A stretch of 63,428 bases of DNA, filler included, from Octopus bimaculoides (GCF_001194135.2; 4 parts of 4 records of this genome joined end to end with filler, not necessarily neighbours in it); one strand, 5' to 3'; positions 1 through 13,810 are shown, numbered from the whole stretch's first letter. A program made the numbers and translations. The notes: generated from the sequence alone by a model not told the origin.

Positions 1-86
<86 letters not shown>

Positions 87-87
87 T
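1..87. repeat. (TTA)n microsatellite
   Basis: Pure TTA run directly abutting a SINE 5' end. Confidence 0.97.
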
Positions 88-811
88 AGGCGGTGAGCTG
101 GCAGAAGAGTGAGCACTCTGGACAAAATTCTTAGCAACACTTTTCCATCTTTACGTTCTGAGTTCAAATTTCGCCGGAGTCGACTTTGCTTTCCATACTT
201 TGGTGGTCAATAAAGTAAGTACCAGTTGAGCACCGGGGTCCATGTGATCGACTATTCCCCTCCCACAAAAACTCAGGGCTTGTGCCTTATAGTAGAAAAC
301 ATTATTATTATTACAGTGATCTAGAATAATCGTTAGCAAGCCGAACAATATGCTTTGCGGCATTTCGTCTGTCATTACGTTCTGAGTTTGAATTTCACCA
401 AAGTCGACTATGCCTTTCGTCCTTTCGGAGTCGATAAAATAAGTACTAGTTGCGTACTGGAGTCGATGAAAGTATTACTTAAGCACGTGGAGCAATGTAA
501 TCGACTTACTTCCGGAAATTACTGGCCATGCGCCCAAATCTTAACCCATTATTATTATTATTATTATTATTATCATTATTATTATTATTATTATTAGTAG
601 TAGTAGTAATAGTAGTAGTAGTAGTAGTAGTAGTAAGGCAGCGAGCTGACAGAGTCGTTAGTATGCTGGACGAAATGCTTAACGGTATTTCGCTCGTCGC
701 TACGTTCTGAGTTCAGATTCCGCTGAGGTCGACTTTGCTTTCATCCTTTCGGGGTCGATAAATTAAGTACTCACCCCACTAATTCGAGGTCTTGTGCCTC
801 CAGTAGAAAAG

Positions 812-860
<49 letters not shown>
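88..860 (+). mobile_element. Three head-to-tail copies of SINE family 1 separated by (ATT)n/(TAG)n tracts
   Basis: Each copy has GGCGGTGAGCTGGCAGAA...GTTCTGAGTTCAAATT (B-box-like)...GTCGACTTTGCCTTTCATCCTTTCGGGGTCGATAAA...AGTACCAG and ends in AGTAGAAAAG(ATT)n. Copies at ~88-310, ~322-540 and ~636-860. Confidence 0.9.
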
Positions 861-862
<2 letters not shown>

Positions 863-1914
863 TGATAGAAGGATTTAAATCGTAGAAAACGTAAGTTGTG
901 CGATAATGGGGGCAGAGAAAGATGGAGAAGTGTGTCTGATCGAAATTGTTTTCGCTCTCCCGGTGTCATTAAAATAAAATACCTGTGCAGTGTAGTTGAT
1001 TGGAATGACTGTTAAAACATCGGAAGACAAGCGCTGCGATATTTTCCCCGTTTTTTGCATTCTGATTTCTTATATGGGTTACTTAATTCAATGCTCAGTT
1101 TAAAACCACCACCTGGTTTTCAGACGTTTTAATGGGATTTAACCTGCTCCGAGCAGTCGAGCAAGGGCTTCAGTTTGAAAATGACGTCATACCTTCCTCC
1201 CGTTTGGCTTTGACGTCCTGAAAAAAGAAACAAAGAGATATGGGTGCCATTTTAACCCTCATTGATGAAGTAAAAAAAAACAAAACATAGGGTTACATGT
1301 TTGTATAATATAAACGTCTAAAACAATATGACGTTGTGGTATTATTCCCTGACCTAAATGAAATATTTAAATTTGATTGGTCATTCGTACAAATAAAAAT
1401 AGTAAAACATGTGTAATTAGGGAAACGTAAATATTAGCCTCCGTAAATAATGTAAAACAAAAATTGTAAATATTTCTTTAGTTTTGATGACACTCAAAGC
1501 CTTAAAATATAGAATGAAGTTGAATAGTAAAAGATTATTCCTTGGAGAATAACCTGTATTAGTGAATTGAAGTGAGATGAAATAACTCCAACAACGAATA
1601 GCGACTACATTAAAATATCAGTTAGTGCCAAGAACTTACCTTTGATTCTGAACCAGGCAAAGTGCCAAGTTTCATAGAGGAAGGGGTTAGATGATTAAAT
1701 AAATAAATAAGCGAACACTCACAGACTCTTACACACACACAAATACTAGCTAAACCACGTGCTGAAATCATAGGAAAACATTCATTTTAATAAAGCGTAC
1801 CTTAAAACCATTTTCTTTTTTATTTTCATTTCGAGCGTTTCATTCTCCGTCTCTCTCCATCACACCTTCGCATCGCTTTCCCTCCCAATCTATGTCTGTT
1901 TTTCTTTATACACC

Positions 1915-1985
<71 letters not shown>

Positions 1986-2440
1986 CCTATATATGAGAAT
2001 AAAGTGTGCATAAGCAAAGTAGTAAAACAAATCGTAAAATTTAAAGTACACATCGATAAAAAATTGTCTCAGGATGAAGCAAAGACAGGGAATATGGAAT
2101 GCCCCTTGATAAATAGTTATACAGAATAATGGGAAAGAAATGGAAAAGACAAATGTTAATGAACTAATTATCACTACAGAAAAACTATCAAATAAAATGT
2201 ACGCAAAATATTTCGTTAAGCATCAACCAAAGTTCACCGCGGTTGCGAGCACTTTTGGGCAATACTACTTTTCTAGTGATGTCGATAGTTCTATCTATTG
2301 CATGACAAATGGAGGAAATAACCATTACAGGGACAGAGAGTTAACAAGAAAAATACCTTGCTTTTACTCATTACAGTTGAGACAGGTGTGTGCATAAGTA
2401 ATACAAAAAGTATGTGTGTGTGGTATAAAACATAAATATA

Positions 2441-2969
2441 CAAGGTGTCCATAAAGTCATGGTGCAATGCTACAAAATTATTTTATTCCGAAACTTGAAA
2501 AATTAGAACTGATAGAGGATACAGTTTTCTAACAAGATGGTGCACTTTGACACTTTATTCTGCAAGTTAGGTAATTTCTAAAAGAGAAATTCCCTAACAA
2601 ATGGATTGGAAGAGGTGAACCATTATTTTGACCTCCACGTTCACCAGATTTTACTGCATTGGATTTCTTTTTATGGGGTCTTGTGAAAAAGTATTGTTTA
2701 TTCAACTAATCCTCGATCTTTAGCAGACTTGAAAGCAAGGATAACTGATGTGATTGAAGGTGTCACTGAATATCAACTGGAAAATGTTTTCCGAGAATTA
2801 CAGAAACGTATATCTCTTCGTATTAGTAATGATGGTGGACATGTTGAAAATTAATAATTTGAATAAAAACATTAGGTAATTCTTTTTTCTTATCCTTTTT
2901 ACAGATTAATTCTATCATGTATAGATACGAAGATATTTTAAATCGCACCATGACTTTATGGACACCCTG
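2441..2969 (+). mobile_element. Non-autonomous Tc1/mariner (maT/DD37D-like) deletion derivative with both TIRs
   Basis: TIR CA(A/G)GGTGTCCATAAAGTCATGGTGC at both ends, TA on both flanks. Decayed C-terminal transposase motifs QQDGA, WIGRG, PPRSPDF and LDFFLWG. Confidence 0.9.
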
Positions 2970-3389
2970 TATAATATATATATATAAAGATATGCGTATG
3001 TGCATATATGTGTGTGCTGTGTGTATTTATACATACATATATGTATACATACACACACACATACATATATACATACATACATAAATGTGTGTGTGTGTGT
3101 GTTTATCTACATCACACTAATTTCCAGTTACCTATGTCAACCGATTGTCCTTAATCTTCCACCCTTGAACTATTAGTTATGGCCAAGAGAAATCATTCTT
3201 GGCCGATTGCATGAAATTATAGCAATATAAATGTCGCCATACTTAATATTGTGAACCAAGAAATTGTCTTTGATTAAAATTACTTTAACGACTTGAATAG
3301 TCATTATCTCAATGACTAAATCTGTTAATAAAATGGCGAACTACTCTGATAGTTTAATTCAATAAAATGAATTAAACCTAGAAAGTCTC

Positions 3390-3700
3390 TTCAGGTTGAG
3401 CCGCTACTTCTTCGCATTGAAACATCACAGCTCCTGTACTGCAGCCGTATGATTTGCATGTCGCAGGAAAGAATCCCAAAAATAGATTCCCGAAACCGAG
3501 CCAGCCAGTTGGAGACATCATGGGGTTAGGCCTGGAACGAGATGGTCGGATAGCATCCTTAATCTCGGTTGGTCGCGCTTTGGAATTCAGCAGGATATTC
3601 TAATGGCAGCTGCATCTGATAGGACCTTATGATGGAGGTGCTTCAAGAGTTTGCCCTCATGACCCTCCAAGAAATAGTGGACGGAGAAAATGGATGTATA
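3390..3700 (+). mobile_element. RTE-clade (Rex3/Expander-like) LINE 3' fragment
   Basis: Decayed translation VEPLLLRIETSQL...MSQERIPK...RW.D...LGWSR matches the RTE C-terminal pattern EPLLLRIERSQLRW.GH..RM. Confidence 0.7.
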
Positions 3701-6167
3701 CGAACATGGAATGCAATGGGGAGTATGTCTGATCTTCAGTAAAGCAGTGATTACTCTTGTTTCACTTTTATTAGAGCATATCCTTAAAGCATTGTTTAAC
3801 TTTAGACGATAGTAGACCTTAGAACGTCTCGACCCATACAGATCAACCGTATGGGAAACTGCCTGGTGTAACAGCTTGAAGCAACGACTGGGAAAATTAC
3901 ATAGGGATGCCTACTGCAAAAATCTTTCATAATAGAATGAGTGGTACCACACTCTGTTCTTTCATGTTATTACGTTACTCACTGCTTATTCATAGAAAAA
4001 ATATATCGCTCTTATCGTCTTAAGATTTACTAGTTAAGGTTTCACGGTTTCAATAATGTAGTCTCTTAAAACCCAAATATGACGGAATTGTCGCTATTTT
4101 GCTGAAGATCAAATTATCCCTACTGAATACTATGTTTAATTAATTTCAGTTGATTAATGTATACGGTTGTGTCCCCTACTTTTTTTTTTACCAGTATTAG
4201 TTTCTCATATAGAAAAACAGTAATTCCAATTATTTGTTTAGTGACATCACTGAAGGAAAAGTATTATGTATATGTAGCTGCCTTGTAAATACATCACTGG
4301 TTAATCCATGTTGTTAGTGAAGCGGTGGTCAACCTATTGTGTTACTCGCTTCTGTTGCTGGTCTTCGACTGCATTTTACAGTCAGCAAGAATAATATCAA
4401 CTATACACACAACTCATGCATACTGCTCCATATATAGAGAGGGCTCTATATGCTTCAAAACTAGTAACTTAGATATATTTCTATCTTTTATTATATCTCT
4501 TCATAATAGTCCAAAAAAGCTCGTTATTTTTTTTAAAGTAGAGTTAAAATATATATGTATATTTATATGTGTGGGTGTGTGAGTTTATATACAAGACGTT
4601 AGTTTTGACTTCTTGTGAGAGGGAGATAGATATTTGTTGACAATAAAATGGGAGCGTGTAAGAATATTCATGGTACTAAATGGGTTTTTTATTTTCTTTT
4701 TCTTGTTAATATGGGTACGAAAGGTAAAACTGCATGTTTTTATTTTGTTATTATATGTTTATTATTACCTGAAGGGCATTAGAATGACGAAGGGAATTAA
4801 GTTGGTTTCCTATACGAACTGAAACAGCATCGTAGTATTTAAGTAGCTTGGGGCTCTTCCATGCCTGATAAGAGTAGCAATATTGTTATCTTATATACAT
4901 GTATCAATATTTTACTATAGGAGCCTTTCCTTCCAACTCCTGGCTCGTGAGTCGTTATTATAAGTCTTCAAAATACAGACACGGTCGAATAAATATAAAC
5001 GAACATATTGATAGAGTTGAAGCATATATTGTTGCTGTATTGTTTCTTTTTAATTCAAGCATAAATTTTGAATTACTTAAATTAGATGGCAACTTTCTTG
5101 ACTGTAAACTTCTGACATCGAAAACCAAAAATAGTAACTCCAGACGAATTCAGTGATATTGGTGGTCACTAAAGCCAAATAATGCCAATAGCTGATAATA
5201 TTGTAAAAGGGACATAAAAAGATTATGTATGCAAAAGCTAGAGAAAGGGCAAGATCTAAATACGTCGTTTAAATGAACAAAGAATATAGAAAAACCTTCA
5301 CAAAATTTTGGCAGCAAAAGCTGATGTCATCATCGTCGACGCAGCTAGATTCTTAGAGACGAATTTTTAAGACATTAATTTGCATTTCCATTAGCGAACA
5401 TAATTAAATTACAATAATAATATTGCTTTCTTTTTGACGACACACGCGTCCATACATTGAGGAGGAGTGAGAGATGAAATGTGATCGTGCTTATTTTTAC
5501 CTTAAATTTAAAGTTGTAATAGACGAAGCTGAAAAGACAAGGTTAGAACATTAAGTGTAAAATCTCGTAATAAATATGAAGCATTGTCGTTCACTATAGA
5601 AATAGAAATATTATANNNNNNNNNNNNNNNNNNNNNNNNNNNNNNNNNNNNATATATATGTATGTATTTAATATTTTCCAATTAACAAGGAAGCTTTAAT
5701 TTGGAACTGACAGTTTTGAAATAAAATATATTGTAAATAGTGTCAAAAGAGTTATGAGAAACATAGACATGGAGTGTGGTAGGATGGAAGGACGTTAAAA
5801 TTTAAATAATGCAACAAACTAGTAAAGACAGTAAAGAGGCTTATGGTGGTTAAATAAGTATTGCTTCTTTAATAAGTGAGTTATCAACATTTTCTATCGC
5901 AGTCATTGATAAATTTCATTATTATTGTTATCCAGCAACTGTGAAGAAGTCTTTTAACAGACGTGACCATCAATTTCATGAGCTTATATATATATATATA
6001 AATATATATATATGAATAGATAGACAGATAGATAGATATTTGTGTGTGCGCGTGTGGGTGTATGATGAAAGGATATTACTACCTACGTAAAAATGGTTAC
6101 ATTTTATGTATTTGATAATTATGTAACGCTAATTGGGTAGTTTTGTCTTCTGTACATTTTGTCGTGT

Positions 6168-6450
6168 GAAGGTGCATGGCCCAGTGGTTAGAGTGTTGCA
6201 TTCACGATTGCGAGATTGTGGTTTCAGCTACTATACTTGGTGGTGCGTTGTGTTCTTGAGCAAAACACTTCATCTCAAGTTGCTCTGCAATCACTTCAAC
6301 GCCTGACATGTTGTACACTGTGTACCTGTTCATGCAACGTCGATTTGATGGAGGGGAGTGATCTAATGTACAGCACAAACATTTAATCACTATAAACAGA
6401 TAAAAAAATCATTTGCGTAGGTTGTTCAGCAAGAAATTGCGGAACCACTT
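6168..6450 (+). mobile_element. tRNA-derived SINE (family 3)
   Basis: Head GAAGGTGCATGGCCCAGTGGTTAGAGTG (A-box) followed by GTGTTCTTGAGCAAAACACTT core. Related copies at ~22810-23095 (-), ~48285-48570 (-) and ~59570-59670 (+). Confidence 0.75.
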
Positions 6451-8371
6451 TTACTAGAAGTAAGAGAGACTACCATCATATTTTGTCCTGATCAGAGACC
6501 CGTGTTTTGAAAAAATTAGTTACATAAAGAAGATCTTGAAAGATTGAAGTGAATATTCAGTTTTTCTCTACACAAACGGGTTCTAATTGTGTTAGAGAAA
6601 TATATACTTAAGTTAGTGATCCTGAAGAAGTAGATTCTCTTGGAGTGAATTTGTCCTTTTCTTTCTTTTTTTTCATTTTCCTCCCTTTTGCGGGAACACA
6701 TATTAGTAAACGCTTGAGAGAATCTATTCCATCTGAGAATGTTATGGAATTCCTTAATGTTGACCATCTAACTTTCTACGCATCATCATATATTTTCAGT
6801 ACGACTGATAGCGTTATTGATATGCAGATCTAGCAATATATGTAAAAGCTGATTCGAGATGGATGAAAAGCCTTTTTTTTAGCAGATTTCATGCAAACGT
6901 TGGTGACTATCTTATAAATATATATATATGTATGTATATGTGTATGTATGTATGTATGTATGTATGTATGTATGTATGTATGTATGTATATATATGTATG
7001 TATGTATGTTATTTTCGACTGGAAATAGAGGGGTGGAAAAAATTACAATTCTGCTTGATGTTTGATATCAGAAATCTTACGTGTTTTACACTCTCAAACA
7101 ACTTTAGAACATTTCCTGCTTTTTCAGAATATGAAGTTAATAAACTTAATACCGTTTACGCCTCTCGTAAAGAAACTGTAGTAGCACTAGGTACTCGGTG
7201 CTTTGGGATCCAGTATGCCTATATTCAAGCTCCCAATGATAATCCTGTAACATTTCTGTATGTATGTATCTGTCACAACATAGTTATGAGCTCACGAATG
7301 AATATGACGTTGGGTGTATAGCGAATGACACAAAAGGGAATAAAGTCAATGTTGCTGGAAGAAAGGAAATCTCTCAGGCTGTCCCTAAAAAGCTGAGGTG
7401 ATCGGTTGCGTGTAGGAAAATAACATCCAGACTAATGCACTATAATCTCAGTTAGCATTAGTTGAACCCAATTTATTGAATCTAACGATAACATCATAGG
7501 CAATATGCATATATACTCTGAAGGAGGATCTTCAGTAATATCGAGTTCTATAACTGTTGCTGGTGCAAGTTCATATTAATATAGGAACAGAAAATAAGTA
7601 GACGTTTTTTTTACTATTTCCCTAGTCTGAATAGGGATACTTTGAATGAATGTTTTAATATTAGAGAACTAATACTTTCGTGTTATGTAACAGTTTCGTG
7701 TTATATGAAAGCAAGAGTTTTGAACGAGCTTAGACGTTTTTAAAGTATCCCTTGTATGTTAACGCGTTTCACCTTCAATTGCAGTCGACCGAATTCTACC
7801 CACCATGCAGACAGGCATGAGATATAGTTATAATGTAGTTATTATCTGTTGTAATGTTCCTCAATATTAATTTATTCTCGAATGTTACCTGTGGTGAGAG
7901 CACAATATTCAGTCTAATGATAGTCATATACAAGAAAAATCAGTATCTTACAGCAAAATGAGCTGCTATTCCAATTATATGAAGCAATTAACCATTACTT
8001 TGTTATAAAGTTACTTTGATAACAATTCTAAAATATGCAAGCATACACGCTGAGGTTTATTAATCTGCAGATGTAACTGGATGCTCAGTGAAATAGTAAA
8101 ATTTAAGACATAAATTAGCTTTGAGTCACCTTTAATTTGCTAATAGTTATGTAGACCTCTTGTGATAGGACTAGTTTTATAACAGCAACAGGTGTAGCTA
8201 CGGAATCCTGAGAAGATTCAAACATTTCTATTATCATAACAACATGAAATTATTAGAGTACATACCTTAAAGAAAAATACTAAATCACATACGTACAATT
8301 TCATTATGAAAATAGGTAAATCATAAGAATAATATCTCAATGTGATTTGTAAGTATAATAATTCTTTTTAC

Positions 8372-8578
8372 TATAGGCAAAAGCTTTAAGGTTTTGTGAG
8401 AGGGAAACTGATCGATTACATCAACTCCAGTACTCAACTTGTACTTATTTCATCGACCCCCGAAAGTATGAAAAGCAAAGTCGACTCGACGAAATTTATA
8501 CTCAAAACATAAAGCCGGAAGAAATGCCACTAAGCATTTTTTTCCGTTGTGCTAACGCTTCTGCTAGCTCGCTACATT
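8372..8578 (-). mobile_element. SINE family 1 copy
   Basis: Reverse complement of the family-1 consensus (ATCGACCCC..GAAAG.ATGAAA.GCAAAGTCGAC). Confidence 0.85.
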
Positions 8579-9696
8579 AGTTTTAAGCGTAATAACGTAT
8601 TTCTATTAGTCTTCTAATGCGTGTAGAACGACACTGCATACAATTCGTAGAAAGTTCAGTAATTTGGTCGGGTCGCTGCTTTATCAGATGTCAGGGAAAA
8701 AATGTCCGAATGATTTTCAAGAACCTTCATCGTTCTGTTAGAGTGTTCTCAGGTTCACTTATGTAAATGAATTACGGTGATGAANNNNNNNNNNNNNNNN
8801 NNNNNNNNNNNNNNNNNNNNNNNNNNNNNNNNNNNNNNNNNNNNNNNNNNNNNNNNNNNNNNNNNNNNNNNNNNNNNNNNNNNNNNNNNNNNNNNNNNNN
8901 NNNNNNNNNNNNNNNNNNNNNNNNNNNNNNNNNNNNNNNNNNNNNNNNNNNNNNNNNNNNNNNNNNNNNNNNNNNNNNNNNNNNNNNNNNNNNNNNNNNN
9001 NNNNNNNNNNNNNNNNNNNNNNNNNNNNNNNNNNNNNNNNNNNNNNNNNNNNNNNNNNNNNNNNNNNNNNNNNNNNNNNNNNNNNNNNNNNNNNNNNNNN
9101 NNNNNNNNNNNNNNNNNNNNNNNNNNNNNNNNNNNNNNNNNNNNNNNNNNNNNNNNNNNNNNNNNNNNNNNNNNNNNNNNNNNNNNNNNNNNNNNNNNNN
9201 NNNNNNNNNNNNNNNNNNNNNNNNNNNNNNNNNNNNNNNNNNNNNNNNNNNNNNNNNNNNNNNNNNNNNNNNNNNNNNNNNNNNNNNNNNNNNNNNNNNN
9301 NNNNNNNNNNNNNNNNNNNNNNNNNNNNNNNNNNNNNNNNNNNNNNNNNNNNNNNNNNNNNNNNNNNNNNNNNNNNNNNNNNNNNNNNNNNNNNNNNNNN
9401 NNNNNNNNNNNNNNNNNNNNNNNNNNNNNNNNNNNNNNNNNNNNNNNNNNNNNNNNNNNNNNNNNNNNNNNNNNNNNNNNNNNNNNNNNNNNNNNNNNNN
9501 NNNNNNNNNNNNNNNNNNNNNNNNNNNNNNNNNNNNNNNNNNNNNNNNNNNNNNNNNNNNNNNNNNNNNNNNNNNNNNNNNNNNNNNNNNNNNNNNNNNN
9601 NNNNNNNNNNNNNNNGTGAGATAGAGATAGAAAGATAGAGATAGATAGATAGGTATATACATATATAGATAGATAGAGAGAGAGAGAGAGAGAAAG

Positions 9697-9743
<47 letters not shown>

Positions 9744-10350
9744 AGGATGTTCTTGGAGTGTTAAAACCGTAAATTAATCTGATGTGTAGAGCACTGGATT
9801 ACATTATTAAAAATAACATACATTATTGAGCAGGTATATTTTTAATTACCACCTGTTACTTAGGTGATTGCTTTTAGCAAAATCCATTCTGTCGGAAGCA
9901 TTCTGATTAAATATCAATTGATAACACATGAACAGAGGTTTCTTTTTCTCTTTGTTCTAGTCTTAGATACCCTGCAAAGATGCTGCCTTTACCTTTCTGT
10001 CGAAGCCATACATTATAAATATAATGATTTACTTATCTTGTCAAATGATAGCCGTCTCACATTCAGAGACAACTGTGCATCTTTGGATTTAGGTGACAAA
10101 TGCGTGTACGAAATTGTTGTCACTCTTTCAGTCACCATCGTAGGTTCCAGCAGGTATTGGAAGATCACAGGTATTATTTTGACTGCTTGTTTTGTATCAC
10201 TATTTTTCTCCTAGAAGGGCTGCTTTCCTTACGGTTTTGTTAAAAATAACGGGAGCCTTCTCTACCCTGAGAAAACTGTTTAAACCATAGATGGGACCCT
10301 GATGGGTATATATACATACATACATATACACACATATATGTGTGTATATA

Positions 10351-10551
10351 CGAGAGGCTGCTGAAGCTTTGGGAAAAAGAAAACAGAGGAGGAACAGTTA
10401 ATTATGATTTTATTCAATATGTTCTCCTCTCAGATTCACACACTAATTGCAGCGGTCCTTCAGTTTTTCTAAATCCTGTAAAAGAATTCGGAAGGTTGAG
10501 CCAGGCACTTTGCTAAACCCTTAAAGTCAGGTACTTTTCAGCAACCCCTCG
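10351..10551. mobile_element. ~200-bp mariner-derived MITE
   Basis: Ends TA|CGAGAGGCTGCTGAAG and CTTTTCAGCAACCCCTCG|TA are inverted repeats of mariner type, with TA flanks. Confidence 0.8.
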
Positions 10552-11224
10552 TATGTATCTGCGTATGTATTGATGCATTAAAATTATTCATAATGATAAA
10601 TTTGGTTGGATTTGAATTCAGAATATCAAGGAATATAATTAAATATTGGTAAGAAATTTTGTACTATACTCTTGTTGCTCTACGATTTCTGGGGGGCAAA
10701 AAAAATGCAGCCTTTAGAATTTCTCATAATCACTAATCTTATTCTACTTGTCACAATGTTCATATATGTCTGAGTGTTATACTTCAAGCAATTATAACTA
10801 TGGAAGTGGATCAAAGACATAATCGAAATCTTTAACACAATGAAGCAGTTTTACCAAGATCTGCAAATTTATAAATCAATATCTGAATATAAAAATTTAT
10901 AAAGGGTGGTATTTCCACATGCGCATTATCATTTTATTTTGTCATGACGTTCGTAGTTTCTAGTGCTACATTTCAAAGAACTTCGACCAGGAAGCGAAAT
11001 AAAAGTTATAGTGAAAATCTATAACATAATGGAAGCAAAGTTATGAAGAGCTATAAATTTATTAATTAATTCAGAAATAACCGCACACACACATGCATGC
11101 ACACACATATGCATAAATGTATATGCGTGCGTGTATATATATATGTTATATATATACAATAATCAGTATATGACTTATTAAACAAAGTTCAACAAATTCA
11201 TTCATATTTATGTAATGAAGGAGA

Positions 11225-11695
11225 TTCGATGTTAAAATGTATTATAGTTTTCATTTTTCATATTGCTATACATTTTTCATACTAATGGACTCAGATATTC
11301 ATAAATAGAAAGTCGTAATAGTCATACTTGTACTCCTCAGTAGTTAATAGAAAAACAAAAAAAGTCATTTAAAGTACATAAGTTTTTTCTCAGTTATTTT
11401 ATGGGATTTATGTATTCGTTCTTCCAGTCACGTTTACTTGTATCCAGTCACATTTATTTGAGGCTAGATTCAAATAAACGTGATTGGAAAAACGAATATA
11501 TAAATACCAGAAAATGATAACTAAGAAAAAAGACCAATGTACTTTAAATGCCTTTTTTTTTGTTTTTCTATTAACTACTGAGGAGTACAAGTATGACTAT
11601 TATGATTTTCTATTTATGAATATCTGAGTCCATTAGTATGAAACAATTGTATAGTAATATGAAAAATGAAAACTATAATACATTTTAACATCGAA
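11225..11695. repeat. ~470-bp imperfect palindrome (foldback)
   Basis: 11225-~11455 is the reverse complement of ~11460-11695 along its whole length, e.g. CTTGTACTCCTCAGTAGTTAATAGAAAAAC vs GTTTTTCTATTAACTACTGAGGAGTACAAG. Confidence 0.92.
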
Positions 11696-11990
11696 CCGGT
11701 TACATCGACCCCAGTGCCTAACTGGCATTTATTTTATCGACCCCGAAAATATGAAAGATAAAGTCGACTTCGGCGGAATTTGAACTCGGAACCTAAAGAC
11801 AGACAAAATACTGCTAAGCATTTCGCCCGACGTGCTAACGTTTCTGGAAGCTCACCGTCTCCGACATAATGAAATATTCTTTTCTGCTCTAGCCACAAGG
11901 CCCGAAATTGTTGGGAACAGACAAAATACTGCTAAGCATGTCACTCGGCGTGCTAACGTTTCTACCAGCTCGCAGCCTTCATACAGCAAA
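11696..11990 (-). mobile_element. Two adjacent SINE family 1 copies
   Basis: Consensus motifs GTCGACTTCGGCGGAATTTGAACTC and CGTGCTAACGTTTCT; the latter occurs twice. Confidence 0.85.
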
Positions 11991-12424
11991 TATTAAAACA
12001 GTACAGGATGGTTTGAAGGAGATTTTGTGCTATATCTAGCGAATTGTGCAAGCATGTAGAGGCTGCGACAGTCACGTAAACGATATGTTTACTGATTTCG
12101 TTTTCAGATAGAAAGCTGTTCTCTAACGTAATCGTTTATGTCTACTAACTGTTAGTAAATTACTTCAATTCTTATGATTTACAGAATACGTTGATTGTAA
12201 CCAATCATTCACGACATATATGAGAAAATGGACAAATGAATATTTTAGCTATTAGTCAAAGCCAATAAACTTCTGGATAAGTTACGATATATTTGTGTGT
12301 ACACATATACATATACACAGGTATGTGCACACGCAAGTACTTGTATATTTGTATATGTACATGTATACATTATATGCCTGTGTGTGTATATATTATCAGA
12401 TATATATGTTTATGCATACACACA

Positions 12425-12478
<54 letters not shown>

Positions 12479-12822
12479 GTATATGTATGTATATATAGGG
12501 AGGTTAGATCCTTTGTATACGCATTTTCATTTCCATACACATATATACGATGAAACATGTATGCGTGTGTGTGCCTGCATGTGTGTGTATATACATGCAC
12601 ATAGATAGATAGACACGTGTATATGTATTCATATAGACACCAACTCATTTATGTATATCTATCTATCTATCTATCTATCTATCATCTAAATAGATATATA
12701 GATAGATACATACATACATAAATGCACACACAGACACACATATATAAGCATATATGCATGCACGTTGATATGTATATATGCTTATGCATATATATATTAT
12801 CAATATATATACATACATATAC

Positions 12823-12908
<86 letters not shown>

Positions 12909-13307
12909 GTGCGTGTATATGTGTGTGTCGATGTCCATGAGAAAGAGTATCCTTTGAAGTCAGGAAGAATATGTAGTACGATTTATTGAAGAATTATTTA
13001 CTGTTCTCTTTTTGTCATGTAATTTATCTTTTCGTTATTTCTCTGGAGAAGACAAAATCTAATAATTACTTGATGAATAAAAAATATCTTTTCAAGCATT
13101 TGGACATATATTGCATGACACTTGTTATGCATTTAGGCCAAGTGGATATAAATTATACACATAATTAAAAAGACAATACTCCTTAGTAAGCATGTATGCA
13201 CATATAGCATCTTGGACAAATTGCTGATATACATATATAAATACTTACATATATATCATCATCATCATCATCAACATGATCGTCATCATCATCATCATCC
13301 GTCTTCC

Positions 13308-13379
<72 letters not shown>

Positions 13380-13489
13380 ATGTATGTATGCATATTAACT
13401 TACTTGGAAATGGATGTGTGGCGTTCAATTAAATAATAACATAAATGATATATATATATATATTCATATATGGGTACAGGACACCACCA

Positions 13490-13810
13490 ACTGCGTAAAC
13501 GACATGAAATACGAAAACAAACGAGGTAAATGTGCAAACAACGAGAGAAAAAAATGGAAAACAAGACAAGTAAACACAAAGAAACGACCCTTCATCAGTT
13601 GTCGGCTGTCTATGCACTCATAACTTCGAGCATTCAACGACACTATGAGTCTTCAAAACAGTTGCTCCCATAAATTCTAAAATAAAATTTAGGGTTAATG
13701 GAGGGTCAAACTTGGGAACAAAAACAGGACAGTGGAGACATACAAAAGGAAACCGAACAAAAACAAGCATGGAGGGTCGTTAGATCAGAACGAGAGGAAA
13801 ATAGTGAACG
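13490..13810 (-). mobile_element. Penelope-like 3'/pseudo-LTR fragment
   Basis: Minus strand has ...CCATTAACCCTAAA...ACAACTGATGAAGGG followed by a T-rich tract, the layout of Penelope-like termini. A similar piece lies at ~55590-55730 (+). Confidence 0.45.

Noticed and set aside
1193-1675. Possible minus-strand mini-exons MKLGTLPGSESK (1675-1640) and DVKAKREE (1217-1193) with good splice consensus
   Set aside because: Too short, no recognisable product, and no convincing continuation; such sites arise by chance in AT-rich DNA.
2140-2397. 85-aa + strand ORF ending at a donor-like site
   Set aside because: No domain similarity and no credible acceptor or partner exon.
6168-6250. tRNA genes at SINE heads (also 23020-23095, 48500-48570, 59570-59640)
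   Set aside because: They have A/B-box similarity but continue into SINE bodies and lack a complete cloverleaf.
8767-9662. Long ORFs (150-476 aa) running through N blocks, here and at 17.1-18.3, 44.0-44.6, 47.8-48.4, 51.0-52.3, 52.5-53.0, 57.2-58.6 and 60.1-60.6 kb
   Set aside because: Their length comes from untranslatable Ns. Only the non-N parts at 57216-57688 and 58326-58525 show real coding character.
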